Origin: Malacoraja senta
Lineage: Eukaryota
Assembly (NCBI GenBank): GCA_038087875.1
Contig: JAXLNO010000548.1
Location: forward strand, 126,001 to 190,000
DNA: 64,000 bases
Direction of reading: 5' to 3'
The position numbers and the translations under genes were made by a program. Below the pieces are notes generated by a model. It ran no database searches. It had not been told where the DNA came from and worked only from the letters and a program-made list of their open reading frames with translations. Shown piece by piece: positions 11,822 to 24,668 of the stretch. Each line of letters begins with the position of its first letter. The stretch's first letter is position 1.

Positions 11822-13387
11822 TAACGGTGTGCAAGCAGGCTGGAGGAGCGGGCAAAGGCATTGCCACAGAGCGGGTAGGTGAAGGGGTGCTGACCGGTGT
11901 GGACTCGCCGGTGCTCCAGCAGGTGGACAAGTCGGGTGAAGCCCTTTCCACAGGACGGGCAGGGGAAGGGACGCTCACTGCTGTGGGTACGCCGGTGCTG
12001 CCACAGGCTGGACATTTGGGTGAAACCCTTGCCACACTCAGCGCACACATAGGGTGTCTCTCCGGTGTGTATCCGCTGGTGCTCCCGCAGCCCCCGTGCT
12101 CTCTTGTTACAGTGGGAGCAGCTGCTCGCCGGCGTGGGTCCGCTGGTGCTGCCGCAACCCCCGCGAGCTGTCAAACTCCTCACCGCAGTACGGGCAGTCG
12201 TAGGGCTGGCCACTTTTGTGCACGCGCTGGTAAGACAGGGGGTGGGAGGCCATGGCAAAGCGCTCTCCACACACCGGGCTGGGGATGGGACCGTCGCCGG
12301 CGTGCACCCGCTGGTGGGACAGATGATAGGTGGAGCGGGTGAAGCCCTTGCCGCACTGGGTGCAGGTGTAGGGGCGCTCACCAGTGTGGGTGCGCTGATG
12401 GAACAGCAGGTGACCGGACTGGGTGAAGCCCTTGCCGCACTGGGCGCAGGTGTAGGGGCGCTCGCCGGTGTGGGTGCACTGGTGGGACAGCAGGGTGCAG
12501 GAGCGGGTGAAGCCCTTGCCGCACTGGGTACAGGTGTAGGGGCGCTCGACGGTGTGGGTGCGCTGGTGGGACAGCAGGTTGCCAGACTGGATGAAGCCCT
12601 TGCCGCACTGGGTACAGGTGTAGGGGGCGCTCGCCGGTGTGGGTGCGCTGGTGCACCTGCAGGCTTCTGGAGTGAGTGAAGCCCTTGCCACACTGGGCGC
12701 AGGTGTAGGGACGCTCGCCGGTGTGGGTGCGTTGGTGCACCAGCAGGATGCTGGAGTGGGTGAAGCCTTTGCCGCACTGGGTGCAGGTGTAGGGGCGCTC
12801 GCCTGTGTGGGAGCGCTGGTGGGACAGCAGGTTGCTGGAGGAGTTGAAGCCCTTACCGCACTGGGCGCAGGTATAGGGGTGCTCGCCAGTGTGGGAGCGC
12901 TGGTGGGACAGCAGGTTGCTGGAGCGGGTGAAGCCCTTGCCGCAGTCGCTGCAGGTGTAGGGGCGCTCGCCAGTGTAGGTGCGCTGGTGGGACAGCAGGT
13001 TGCTGGAGCGGGTGAAGACCTTGCCGCAGTCGCTGCAGGTGTAGGGTCGTTCCCCGGTGTGCAGGCGCCTGTGCATCTTCAGTTCCGGCGGCGACTTGAA
13101 GCTCTTGCCGCAGTCGGAGCAGTCGAAGGGGCGTTCTCCCGTGTGAACCCGCCGGTGGATCTCCAGCCGGCTCGGGTACTGCCAGGCCTTGCCACACACG
13201 TCGCACTCATAACGCTTCTCCTTGTTGTGCCCCCTCATGTGGTCCTCCATCAAAGCGCAGCCCCTCGAAGCTCAGCCCGCACACCGAGCAGATGGGGGGT
13301 GGGGGGGAGGGGCTCATCTGCACCCTGGCCGCCCTCAATGGCCGCTCACGTCCCCGTCTCTCCGTCCACAGCAACGGCTCCTAAACC
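11822..13387 (-). pseudogene. Tandem C2H2 (Krueppel-type) zinc-finger gene, about 17 fingers including degenerate ones, frameshifted
   Basis: CxxC-x12-HxxxH units with TGERPY linkers spread over three frames (12378-13253, 12107-12691, 11815-12777). Extra G at 12623-12627, second shift near 12110, last finger truncated. Acceptor ctcctgcag| before 13387. Confidence 0.9.
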
Positions 13388-13490
13388 CTGCAGGAGGGGA
13401 ACACAGAGGGTCAACAAGCTGGCAAACAGGACATTACTAGGACATATTGGGTGCATTTATGGCGGAGGAAACCGTTATATAATTCTGCGC

Positions 13491-13800
13491 GGCACAGTGG
13501 CGCAGCGGTACAGTTGCTGCCTCACTGCCAGAGGACGGGCTCGATCCTGACTACGGGTGCTGTCTGTGCGGAGTTTGTACGTTCTCCCCTTGACCTGCGT
13601 GGATTTTTACTCCGGGTGCTTCAGTTTCCTCCAACATTTCAAAGACGTTCATGGTTGTAGATTAATCGGCCTCCGCAAAATTGTTAAATTGTCCCTAATG
13701 TGCGTAGGATAGTGCTAGTGTACGGGGTGATCGCTGGTCGGCGCAGAGTCCGTGGGCCGAAAGACCTGTTTCCGCGCTGCATCTCTAAACTAAACTAAAC
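13491..13800 (+). mobile_element. HE1-like tRNA-derived SINE (representative copy)
   Basis: A box TGGCGCAGCGG, B-box-like GCTCGATCC, central gtttgtacgttctcccc, (CTAAA)n tail. Related copies at about 17020-17250(-), 17893-18010(+), 18040-18355(-), 18830-19022(+), 21000-21140(-), 23769-23920(+), 27565-27865(+), 32527-32770(+), 40995-41140(+), 41771-42060(+), 44131-44440(+) and 45000-45306(-). Confidence 0.85.
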
Positions 13801-13877
13801 CAAAGAAGGGTCTCGACCGAAAATGTCACCATTCCTTCTCTCCACAGATGCTGCCTGACCCGCTGAGTTACTCCAGC

Positions 13878-14007
13878 ACTCTCTCTCTGTCTCTCTCTCT
13901 CTCTTTTTCTGTCTCTCTCTCTTTCTCTTTGTCTGTCTCTCCCTCTCTCTGTCCCTCTCGTCTCTCTCTCTCTCTCTGTAACTGTCTTTCTCCCTCTCTC
14001 TATCTCA

Positions 14008-14040
<33 letters not shown>

Positions 14041-14286
14041 TCTGTCTCTCTCTCTCTCTCACTGTCTCTCTGTCGCCCTCCCTCTCTCCCTGTCTCCGTC
14101 TCTCTGTCTCTCTCTCTCTCTGTTTCTCTCTCTCTCTCTGTCTCTCTCTCTGTCTCTCTCTCTCTGTCTCTGTCTCTCTCTCCCTCTGTCTCTCCCTGTC
14201 TCTCCCTCTGTCTCTCTCTGTCTCTCTCCCTGTCTCCCTGTCTCTGTCTCTGTCTCTCTCTCTCTGTCTCACTCTCTGTCTCTCTC
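13878..14286. repeat. (TC)n/(TCTG)n microsatellite
   Basis: Directly visible; the ER-rich and SL-rich ORFs here are artefacts. Confidence 0.97.
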
Positions 14287-15225
14287 AATTTTCAATTTCA
14301 ATTAAAAAACTTTATTGGCATGATAAAAAAAAATACATTGTTATATTGCCAAAGTATAAAACATGACATACATATTTCAAATGCATAAGTATAAATACAA
14401 GTATAGTGCATGGATAGATATGTCCCTGTACATAAACTCGCAATAGGCCTATAGCCCTTTATTGATTGCTACACATTCTTGCTGCTGTAAGCAGTACAAC
14501 AGGATAGCAAGTTTAGCAATTCAATATTAATTTCTTAGTGTCAGTTAGTCAATTAATGTGTGCGACATATGTGCATATTGGTCATTCACCGTCTCTCAGG
14601 TTATGGCATGCTGTTACGTATTGTGCACCAAGATGTGCCGTACTTCCTTCACCAAGGATTATTCTTAGTTTTGATGTATCAACTAGTTCTTTGAAATCAG
14701 TGGTTGCCAGACTGAGTTTGTCAAAGTATGTTTTCCTTGTTTTATCAATTTTTTTGCATTTTAGGAGGAAGTGCACCTCTGTTTGAACCTCATCTGTCAA
14801 ACAGTGGCCGCATATTCTGCTTTCTCTTGGTTGCCAGAATCTCTTCTGTTTTCCTTTTTCAACTGCCAAATAGTGGTCACTTAGCCTGTATTTGGTGAGG
14901 GTCTGTCTCTGCTTTATGTCTCTAACAGTTGAGAGATAGTCTGCCAATTTATAATCTCTTTTTGGGGCACGGTAACATTCTAATCTGCTTAGGCTTTTGG
15001 TTTCTTTATCCCAATGTTCCAAATACGTTTCTTTACATTGTTTGATAATTTGGTTCACTCTAACTGGTGATAGGGGATCAGTATTGATCTGAGGCTGGTC
15101 AGGATTTAACTGGATAGAGTTTAACTGAATAGGGGTAGTTAATCTCAGTACCAACTGACACAGGGAACTCTTTTCTGGGCTCCCCTCTTGTGTTTTAAGA
15201 TTCAGGAGAGTTAAGCAGGAACCCT
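14287..15225 (-). mobile_element. RTEX-like LINE 3' portion
   Basis: ORF 14582-15241: LTKYRLSDHYLAVEKG..RICGHC..EVHFLLKC. The 3' UTR and (AATTGA)n-like tail match 55410-55615. Confidence 0.75.
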
Positions 15226-15532
15226 TAAACGATTTTATCATTTAAAAATAGATTGGATGGGTATATGGAGAGAGATGGAAGATTCAGTGGAGACAATCCT
15301 TTGCGGAAACTACATTTTGAAGTTAGCTGGGAGATGAATGCATAGCTATCATGTCATGAGTGTTCCAGTTAGCTCATGACTTCTGAACTTGTCTTGTTCA
15401 TCAAGCTCCCTTTTCCTCAGAGTGCCAACCGTTGCACTTGTACATTGAAAGTATCAGCTCCCTTCAGAATTGGCTCCCAAAACATGGGCCTTACTCCATG
15501 TTCTCTCGGGTCAAGGAGCAGACTTTCTTTGA

Positions 15533-16497
15533 TAATAATAATAATAATAATAATAATAATCCATTTTATTTACTGGCGCCTTTCTAAAACCAAAGGACAC
15601 CTTACAAGGCATATAATCACAAAAATACAAAACACATAATCGGAGTAAATTAAATATAAAAACACCACAGTACACAAATCAAGGACAGAATTCAAGTACA
15701 AAAGCACAAAAAGAAAATAAGAAACACAATTTGAGGAGAGAGCAGCGGCAGCCAATTTGCACCAGCGTCCACTCTCCCCTCCGACCGCCATCTTGCACAC
15801 AGACTAACAGGCACAGCACACAAAAATCACCCCCCCACAATGACCACCACTGTGGGGGAAGGCACAATGTCCAGTCCCCAACCCAGTTCTCCCCAGAGTC
15901 AGGCCCATCGAGGCCGCCACAGTTGCCTCTACGGAGGCCCGATGTTCCTGGCCGTCGGGAGAGTCCTCGCAACGGCTGGAACGGCCGGTTTCCCAGCGGA
16001 GTCCATGGCACCTGAAGCCGACAGGGCCGCGCCGATTTGGAGCCACGAGGCTCCCGATGTAAAAGTCGGCGCCGCCGCCCGCGGCTGGTCGCTCCGCAGA
16101 CCCGCAGCCCGGAGGTGTTGATGTCGGCGGTCACCAGGCGGCTCCAGCGCGTCGACCCAGCGCGGCGACCCAGGCAAGGCATCGCCCGCTCCGCTCCACG
16201 ATAGCGCTCCAGCGCTGTGCCGCCGACCGAAGCTGAAGGTGCTGGGCGGTCCCCGCCAGGAAACGGCGCTCCATGCCCACTGGTAGGCCACGAGGACGGG
16301 TCGACGAGGCAGCCTGGAGAAAAAGCTGCCTCACCGACCAGGTAGGGACCCAGAAATAGTTTCCCCCTTACCCCCCCCCACATTAAAAGTCAACATTCCC
16401 CAAACAAACAAAGAAATAAAAAAAGCTAAAACTAAAGAAAAAGTGAATTTGACGGACGGCTGCTGTTTAGCAGCCGTTCCTCCAAGATGGCGGCTCC
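15533..16497 (-). mobile_element. Non-autonomous GC-rich element with L2-type 3' tail
   Basis: Minus strand ends ttgtaaggtgtcctttggttttagaaaggcgccagtaaataaaatgg(att)n; begins ggagccgccatcttgg; no RT motifs inside. Confidence 0.6.
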
Positions 16498-18521
16498 TCC
16501 TCTGATGGAGGGTGGCATTGTACAATGTAGCCAGGATAATGAAGGACCTCGGTTTTGCAGATGCTCAGCATGGTCCATTCCTTCATTTACATTCAAAACA
16601 AGTCGATGATGACATGGAACTCAGCCTTTAAACGTACACTTATGTAAATGTCAAGTGCATTCGGTAGCCTGAATACAGAGGTTGGCCCATCTTGGCTCTT
16701 GAGTAGATTGCCATTTGTCCGGTACTCAGTTCCACTCGAGTGGAAACTTGTTGGAATTGAGGTGCAACCTAGTGGTGAGAATATTGTGAAAAGCGTAGAA
16801 GTGATGACATACTCTTGAATTGCATCTTATTCTAACCTGTTAATTGGGATCACAGCCTGCAAGACATTAGGTGCCAAATACAAAATGAAAACAAGTTGCG
16901 AGGGTAGTCATACTTGAGGAGAACGCTTCACGCATTTTTTTATACAGCTTGAAAACAGGCCCCTGTAGATGGCTCGATTATAATCATGTCTTGTCTTTCC
17001 GCTGACTGGATAGCACACGACATGTGTCAGCCACCGAGTCCATGCCGAACGTCAAACACCTGTTCACATTAGTTCTATGTTATCCCAGTTTCACATCCAC
17101 TCCCTACACACATGGGGTCATTTATAGAGACAATTTAACCTGCAAACCCGCACATCTTTGGGATGTGGGAGGAAACCTGAGCACCCGGAGGGTATCCACT
17201 GGGTCACAGGGAGAATGTGCAAATGCCTACCAGCTGTGTCACTGTGCCGTCTTATTGATGGAGTCAAAGGTATTAGTCAGTAACGCACAGTGTTTGACCT
17301 TGCCCTCTGCATTTTACAGTTAGTTGGCAGGTGAATGCTTAGGCCTGAAGCCACAATTAAAAAAGAGCGGGATCAATGCTCGTTCTCTAAACCAGCAATC
17401 AGAAAAGCAAATATATAGCTTAATCTCCTGTATTTAGGGTTGTCTATGCACATGGCAAAAGAAACTGCACTTCAGACAAAGAAGAGTAGGGATGGGAATG
17501 CAGAAGAAAGGAAATGAGACTTGAAGAAATACAGCACCGTGAGGATGATGTTAAAGTCCTCAAATTGTAATTGTCTGCATCAGTCCACGTTCTGCAGTAA
17601 ACTACTTCACAGTTGAAGGATGGGAATTCTCATCTTCAGTATTTTCTCCATTGAGAAACCCTTCAACTTTCAAAGCTTTATTGAATATTCAACACAAAAG
17701 GAAAATATCTCTGCACGTTGGCACCTCACTGTTAGCAACCTGCAAACAAGGCCAGGCAAATATTGTAAAACTGGGGGGATTTTGTTTTGGTATTCATCAT
17801 AAAAGATTTAAAACGCCTCACAGTTATAAATAATGTAAGAGGCATGAGACATAGATTTTGTGAGATATCACCGAGAAACAGTTGCAAAGGACAACACAGT
17901 GGCAGAGTTGCTAGAGATGTTTCCTCACAGTGCCAGAGACCCGGGTTCGATCCTGACCTTGGGCTCTGTCTGTGTGGAGTTTGCACGATCTACCTGTTTC
18001 CACCAGTTTCCTCAGTTGAGAATTTCCCCAAATTTTTTAGTTTAGTTTAGTTGAGAGATACAACGCAGAAACAGGCCCTTCGGCCCACTAAGTCCACACC
18101 AACCAGTGATCCCCGCACATTAACACTGCCCCACACACACTGTGGACAATTTACCCTTATACCAAGCCAATTTAGCTACAAACCTGTACGTCTTTGGAGT
18201 GTGGGGGGGAATCAAAGATCTCGGAGAAAACCCATGCGATCACAGGGAGAACATACAAACTCCGTACAGACAGCACCCTTAGTCGGGATCAAAACCGGGT
18301 GTCCTGCGCTTCAAGCACTGTAAGGAAGCAACTCTACCACTGCGCCACCGTGCCGCAGGAAGTGGATGAGAAAGTGGGTTAACTTAGAACTAGTGTTAAT
18401 GGGCGATCGTTGGGCAATCGACACAGATTCGGGGGCCAAAGGACCTGATCCATGATGTATCTCTAAACTAAACAAAAACCACCAATGTTAAAACAAAATT
18501 ACTTTTACATCCTTCTGTAAC

Positions 18522-18812
18522 AGTTTAAGAATAAGGGTTAGGCCATTTAGAACTGAGATGAGGAAAAACGTTTTCACGCAGAGAGTTGTGAATTTGTGGA
18601 ATTCTCTGCCTCAGAAGGCAGTGGAGGCCGATTCACTGGATGCATTCAAAAGAAAGTTAGATAGAGCTCTTAGGGCTAGCGGAATCAAGAGATATGGGGA
18701 GAAGGCAGGAACGGGGTACTGATTGTGGATGATCAGCCATGATCACATTGAATGGTAGTGCTGGCTCAAAGGGCCGGATGGCCTACTCCTGCACCTATTT
18801 TCTATGTTTCTA
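18522..18812 (+). mobile_element. CR1 3' end
   Basis: Matches other CR1 3' ends; ctatgtttcta tail. Confidence 0.88.
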
Positions 18813-19919
18813 TACCGGCTTGTGCATCGTGTGACTCCATTGGTTTTCTCCGAGTGCCCCAGTTTCCTCCCACACTCCAAAGATGTAGAGGTTTGTAGGT
18901 TAATTGGCTTCTGTAAATTGTAAATGGTCCCTAATGTGTAGGATAGTGCTAATGTATGGGGTGAGGGCTGCCCGGCACGGACTCGGTAGGCCGAAAGGCC
19001 TGTTCCCATGCTAAAGTCTAAACACGAGTATGAAGAGACTTAGTGCATTGCCAGCAGAATCAATTCACAATTGTTTAATTGTTATATGTACCAACAAGAG
19101 AATGATGATTTTTTACTTGCAGCAGTTTAACGGCCTGTAAATGATTTTTAAAAAATCAATGACTTAATAACTATAATGCTAGTGCAAAAAAAAAATCAGC
19201 TACCGAGGTAAGCTTTAATCCATTTGATGATTGCTCTGTTTCCTATGAAGCATCACAGCACATCATAAGCAGCTGAGCACATCATCTTAACAATGATTTC
19301 AGGACCACAGGATAATCTATCCTTGTCTGGAACTAAAGACAACAGTGGGCTTTCCGTCAAAAACAAGAAGTGCCTCTAAAGGTGATCAATTTTGATACAT
19401 GTTAATGTTAAACCGACAACTTGTGTAAAATATTACTATCTATATTGCCAAAGCCAGCAGTCTTTTGAAATTCATTTGTACCGCCTACTCATTACTATTC
19501 TCTCTCCTCCCTCAGTTAATGGCAGATTTTTTCTGTGTTAAACACCATACGGAAATAGCATTGAGAACAGCAAGGCCATGTATTGTGGAGAGGTTAGAAG
19601 GGTCACGACTTGAAACGTCAGCTATCCATGTTCCAGCAATTGGTGTCCTGGAGGCACTTCAAATCCATTTTCAAAAATGCTCTGCTTACACCACTATTGG
19701 TCGAACATTCAAGGGCATCAGACCAAGCCTGTGACAGGTGTTAAGACAGTCAAAAAGGGGGAATATTCGACTTTTTGATCTTGGATGCAGATGCAAATGT
19801 CAACATGTGAAATGAAAGAGGTGTCATTGCACCATCTTTCTGGAGGCAAATTCCCAAATTTAAATTGAAAACACATCTTCATCGTGTTTGAAGCATGATT
19901 TTCAAACCTGCAAATGTAT

Positions 19920-20530
19920 CCCGGGACCCGCACTGTAGGCCGGGGACCGGGGACTTGCCTGGTAGGCCCAGCCCGCCCGCCCGCCGCAGACCAGGGATCT
20001 CCCTGGTCGGCCCAGCCTGCCCGCCACAGACCAGGGACCTGCCCGGTAGGCCCAGCCCATCCCCCGGGGACCGGGGTCTTGCCCACCAATGACGGAGGAC
20101 CTGTGCCATGGATCAAGGACCCACAGGAACCCACCTGGACGGTCGGTAAGCAGACCGCAGGAGGAGGGAGTCACCGTCTCAATGGTGGAGTGGGCCGCTG
20201 GAGGCCCTGCAGCAGCCTGGGGCACGGCTGGGCAGGGCGCCGCTCGAAAAGGTCGAGCACGTGTACCGGACGCCGTCAACAGCAGTGGAGCAGAGGCAGA
20301 GGAAATCAACAGCTACACTTGGCCAGGACAACAGACCTTCATGGTCAGATCAAGATCCCTGCACTTACAAAGGCTGGGACTTGAAAATGGTGCCAAACTG
20401 GCGACTCTGTATACCGTCTCTGTGTTCTACTGCATAACATTTGTAATGTATCTGAGATGCTTATCTGATGTATAGTGATACGTACTGAACTGTATACAAA
20501 AATGAATTTCACTGTACCTCAGTACATGTA
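19920..20530 (+). mobile_element. GC-rich non-autonomous retroelement with internal repeats and a LINE-like tail
   Basis: Repeated ggt(a/c)ggcccagcc motifs; ends gaatttcactgtacctcagtacatgt, the same tail class as 1372-1426 and 42759-42800(-). Confidence 0.5.
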
Positions 20531-21319
20531 CCTCATTAAAGTACCGTACATTGTAATGAGGGCAGATTCAAATTAGGTCTATCAGCTCCATGGGACACCA
20601 GCAAAGCAGGACAGATTTCCATCATCTACTATAAATTGAAACTTACCAAATACTGAATGGCCTTAAGTGAGTGGATACGGAGAGGATGTTTCCATTAGTG
20701 GGAGTGTCTAGGACCAGATGGCATAGCTTCAGAATAAAATAATGTATCTCTAGAAAGGAGATGAAGAGGAATTTATTTAGTCAGAAGATGGAGAATCTGT
20801 GGAATTCATTGCCACAGATTAGGTAATTTTAAGGTGGAGATTGACAGATTTTTCACTAGTAAGGATGTCAAGGGTTATTGGAGAAGGCAGGAGAATGGGG
20901 TTGAGAGGGAAAGATATATCAGCCATAATTGAATAGCGGAGTAGACTCGATGGGCCAAATGGCCTGATTCTGCTCCGATGAATTATGAACTGATGAACAA
21001 GTCTGCTCATCTTTGGAATGTGGGAGAAAATCCCCGTGGTCACAGCATGAACGAACAAACTCAGTATAGACAGCATCCATAGTTCGGATTGAACCCGAGT
21101 CTCTGGTGCTGTAAGGCAGCAACCCTACTGATGAACCACTGTCTATTCACTTTCTCAAGTTGAACTTCATTGGAACAGAAATCTGAGGGACAAGACAAAG
21201 CTCTAAGTCACCCTTGCAGGCAAACTTGTAAATATATCACCATTTCTGACGAGTCAAAATCCTGGGCGTAATGACACATCAACAGTTTGGGAGTACATCA
21301 TCTTGAGGACAACTGAGGT

Positions 21320-21722
21320 CCCAGCGCAAATTGGAGGAACAGCACCTCATATTTCGCTTGGGCAGCTTACACCCCAGCGGTATAAACATGAACTTCTCTA
21401 ACTTCAAGTAACCCTTGCTTTCCCTCACTTTCCATCCTTCCCCCTTCCCAGTTCTCCGACCAGTCTGACTGTCTCTGACTACATTTTATCTCTGTTTGCT
21501 TTGTTGTTACCTTCTCCCAGTTAACAATGATCTATTCTACATTTTCCTTGAGCCACATCCCCTTTGTCCTGTTTTCACACCTTACTCTTCCTTATCTATG
21601 TATCTCCCTCTCCCTTGACATCAGTCTGAAGAAGGGTCTCGACCCGAAACGTCACCCATTCCTTCCGTCCGGAGATGCTACCTGTCCTGCTGAGTTACTC
21701 CAGCATTTTGTGTCCATCTTCA
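21320..21722 (+). mobile_element. Penelope-like element 3' end (GIY-YIG C-terminus plus terminal repeat)
   Basis: QRKLEEQHLIFRLGSLHPSG. Same motif at 25846-25940(-) and 47960-48300(+); more degenerate at about 38520-38750(-). Confidence 0.8.
21622..21657 (+). ncRNA. Putative minimal type I hammerhead ribozyme
   Basis: cagt-CTGAAGA-a-GGGT-ctcg-ACCC-GAAA-c-GTC|accc: both core boxes, 4-bp stem II, palindromic ACGT stem III and a GUC cleavage triplet; located in a Penelope terminus. Confidence 0.65.
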
Positions 21723-22099
21723 AGGAGGCATGATAGTTCTGAATTAATCAGGAATGGGTTTCAAATGACACCAAGTGAGCAGGTTACAAAACCACGCATG
21801 GAAAGCTGTCCACTGCAAACCTGAACTAATAAAAAAAACTCAGGATTTGTAGAATTACGTTGTGAGACAAGATTTGAAATATTTTCATCAAGCAATGCAG
21901 GTTAAGGGCTAGGGCTAAAATTAAACTGTCCTACGAAACTGCATTCGTACTCCTGTCCAGTATTTCTAATAAGCCTAAGACAAGCAGCTAGAGCCACATG
22001 GATTAATCCCTTCTGCAGATTGTCAATCTGTTTAATAAAAGAAAATAGAGTGATTTGGCTCAATGTACAATATAATGTACAATGTACATTTGGCTCAAT

Positions 22100-23648
22100 G
22101 TACTTAAGGAAGTAGCCCCAGAAATAGTGGATGCATTTGTGATAATTTTTCAAAACTTTAGATTGTGGAGTAGTTCCTGAGGATTGGAGGGTAGCTAATG
22201 TAACCCCACTTTTTAAAAAGGGAGGGAGAGAGAAAACGGTGAATTACAGACCAGTTAGTCTAACGTCGGTAGTGGGGAAACTGCTAGAATCAGTTATTAA
22301 AGATGGGATAGCAGCACATTTGGAAAGTGGTGAAATCATTGGACAAAGTCAGCATGGATTTATGAAAGGTAAATCATGTCTGACGAATCTTATAGAATTT
22401 TTCGAGGATGTAACTAGTAGAGTGGATAAGGGAGAACCAGTGGATGTGTTATATCTGGACTTTCAGAAGGCTTTCGACAAGGTCCCATATAAGAGATTAG
22501 TATACAAACTTAAAGCACACGGCATTGGGGGTTCAGTATTGATGTGGATAGAGAACTGGCTGGCAGACAGGAAGCAAAGAGTAGGAGTAAACGGGTCCTT
22601 TTCACAATGGCAGGCAGTGACTAGTGGGGTACCGCAAGGCTCAGTGCTGGGACCCCAGCTATTTACGATATATATTAATGATTTGGACGAGGGAATTGAA
22701 TGCAACATCTCCAAGTTTGCAGATGACACGAAGCTGGGGGGCAGTGTTAGCTGTGAGGAGGATGCTCGGAGGCTGCAAGGTGACTTGGATAGGCTGGGTG
22801 AGTGGGCAAATGCATGGCAGATGCAGTATAATGTGGATGTGAGGTTATCCACTTTGCTGGCAAAAACAGGAAAGTCGACTATTATCTGAATGGTGGCCGA
22901 TTAGGAAAAGGGGAGTGCAATGAGACCTGGGTGTCATGGTACACCAGTCATTAAAAGTAGGCATGCAGGTGCAGCAGGCAGTGAATAAGGCGAATGGTAT
23001 GTTAGCATTCATAGCAAAAGGAATTGAGTATAGGAGCAGGGAGGTTCTACTGCAGTTGTGCAGGGTCTTGGTGAGACCACACCTGGAGTATTGCGTACAG
23101 TTTTGGTCTCCTAATCTGAGGAAAGACATTTTTGCCATAGAGGGAGTACAGAGATGGTTCACCAGCCTGATTCCTGGGATGTCAGGACTTTCATATGAAG
23201 AAAGACTGGATAGACTCGGTTTGTACTCGCTAGAATTTAGAAGATTGAGGGGGGATCTTATAGAAACGTACAAAATTCTTAAGGGGTTGGACAGGCTAGA
23301 TTCAGGAAGATTGTTCCCGATGTTGGGGAAGTCCAGAACAAGGGGTCACAGTTAAAGGATAAGGGAGAAATCTTTTAGGACGGAGATGAGGAAATCATTT
23401 TTCACACAGAGAGTGGTGAATCTCTGGAATTCTCTGCCACAGAAGGTAGTTGAGGCCAGTTCATTGGCTATATTCAAGAGGGAGTTAGATGTGGCCCTTG
23501 TGGCTAAAGGGATCAGGGGGTATGGAGAGAAAGCAGGTACAGGATACTGAGTTGGATGATCAGCCATGACCATATTGAATGGCGGTGCAGGCTCGAAGGG
23601 CCGAATGGCCTACTCCTGCACCTGTTTTCTATGTTTCTATTTTTCTAT
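22100..23648 (+). mobile_element. 5'-truncated CR1 LINE with small indels; same subfamily as 51096-54312
   Basis: [24 protein letters not shown] in ORFs 22239-22889 and 22936-23355; ctatgttt tail. Confidence 0.95.
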
Positions 23649-24338
23649 AAGTAGATAGACAAAAAAAAAGTATATATCTTTAGTGCATTTTCTGAAATTA
23701 AAGTAACAGCAGGTGTTGCACTTGAATTTATTCCACAAGTTTCATCCTGTAGCTTTGGAAGCATTGATGGCACGGTGGCGCAGCGATAGAGTTGCTGCTT
23801 AGCAGCGTCAGAAACCTCGGTTCAATCCTGGCTACGGGTGCTGTCTGTACGCAGTTTGTACATTCTCGCCATGACCTACGTGGGTTTTCTCCTGGGTCTC
23901 TGGTTTCCTCCCACACTTCAAAACTGAGACCAAAACTCCAAGTGTGGTCTCACCAGGACGCTGTACAACTGCAGAAGGACCTCTTTGCTCTTATACTCAA
24001 ATCCTCTTGTTATGATGGCCAACTTGCCATTAGATTTCTTCACTGCCTGCTGTACCTGCATGCTTACTTTCAGTGACTGATGAACCAGGACCCCAGACCT
24101 CGTTGTACTTCCCCTTTTCCCAACTTGACACCATTCAGATCTCTTACATAGATATTGTGACTAACAGTTTAATACTATTACTGCTCATCAGAAGGGAAGG
24201 GAAGGGAAGGGAAAACCCAGCCGTATAAAATATACACAGTCAAAGCATTTGGAAATTATTGGGCAGTATTTGTTTAGTGTCTCATTTTTTATTCTCTGCG
24301 ACACTCCAACTGGAGAAGTGAAGCATTCAATGCCCTAA

Positions 24339-24668
24339 AAGCCCTGTCCCACGGTACGAGTTCATTCCAAAAGCTCTCCCGAGTTTTAAAAAAATCAAAC
24401 TCGTGGTAAGCACGGAGAATGAACGTAGCGGGTACGTCGGAGCTCGGGGACGTCTCTTAGGGGCTCGTAACGCTTACGGCAGGTACTCGGGAAGACTCGC
24501 TAACGGCAGGTAAGCATGGGAAGACTCGTTAAGATTTTTCAACATGTTGAAAAATGTCCACGAGAGCCCCGAGTACCGACGAGTGGCCATTACTGTAAAT
24601 CTCCGAGTTCGAATCTGGGCAAACTCGGGAGAGCTCTTGGAATGAACTCGTACCATGGGACAGGGCTT
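24339..24668. mobile_element. PIF/Harbinger-type MITE
   Basis: About 48-bp TIRs (aagccctgtcccacggtacgagttcattcc.. / ..ggaatgaactcgtaccatgggacagggctt) flanked by TAA at 24336-24338 and 24669-24671. Confidence 0.88.

Noticed and set aside
11668..13550. Plus-strand Ala/Gly/Leu-rich ORFs
   Set aside because: Antisense shadows of the zinc-finger repeats.
13491..13560. tRNA gene
   Set aside because: The A/B boxes are the head of a multi-copy SINE; no complete cloverleaf evident.
13785..14366. ER-rich and SL-rich ORFs (also 55197-56509 and 44706-45015)
   Set aside because: Microsatellite translations.
15679..16383. 234-aa GC-rich ORF as a gene
   Set aside because: Lies inside an L2-tailed repeat, has no recognisable domain, and overlapping ORFs are open in most frames because of GC content.
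19718..20475. Overlapping GC-rich ORFs
   Set aside because: Derived from internal repeats of a non-autonomous element.
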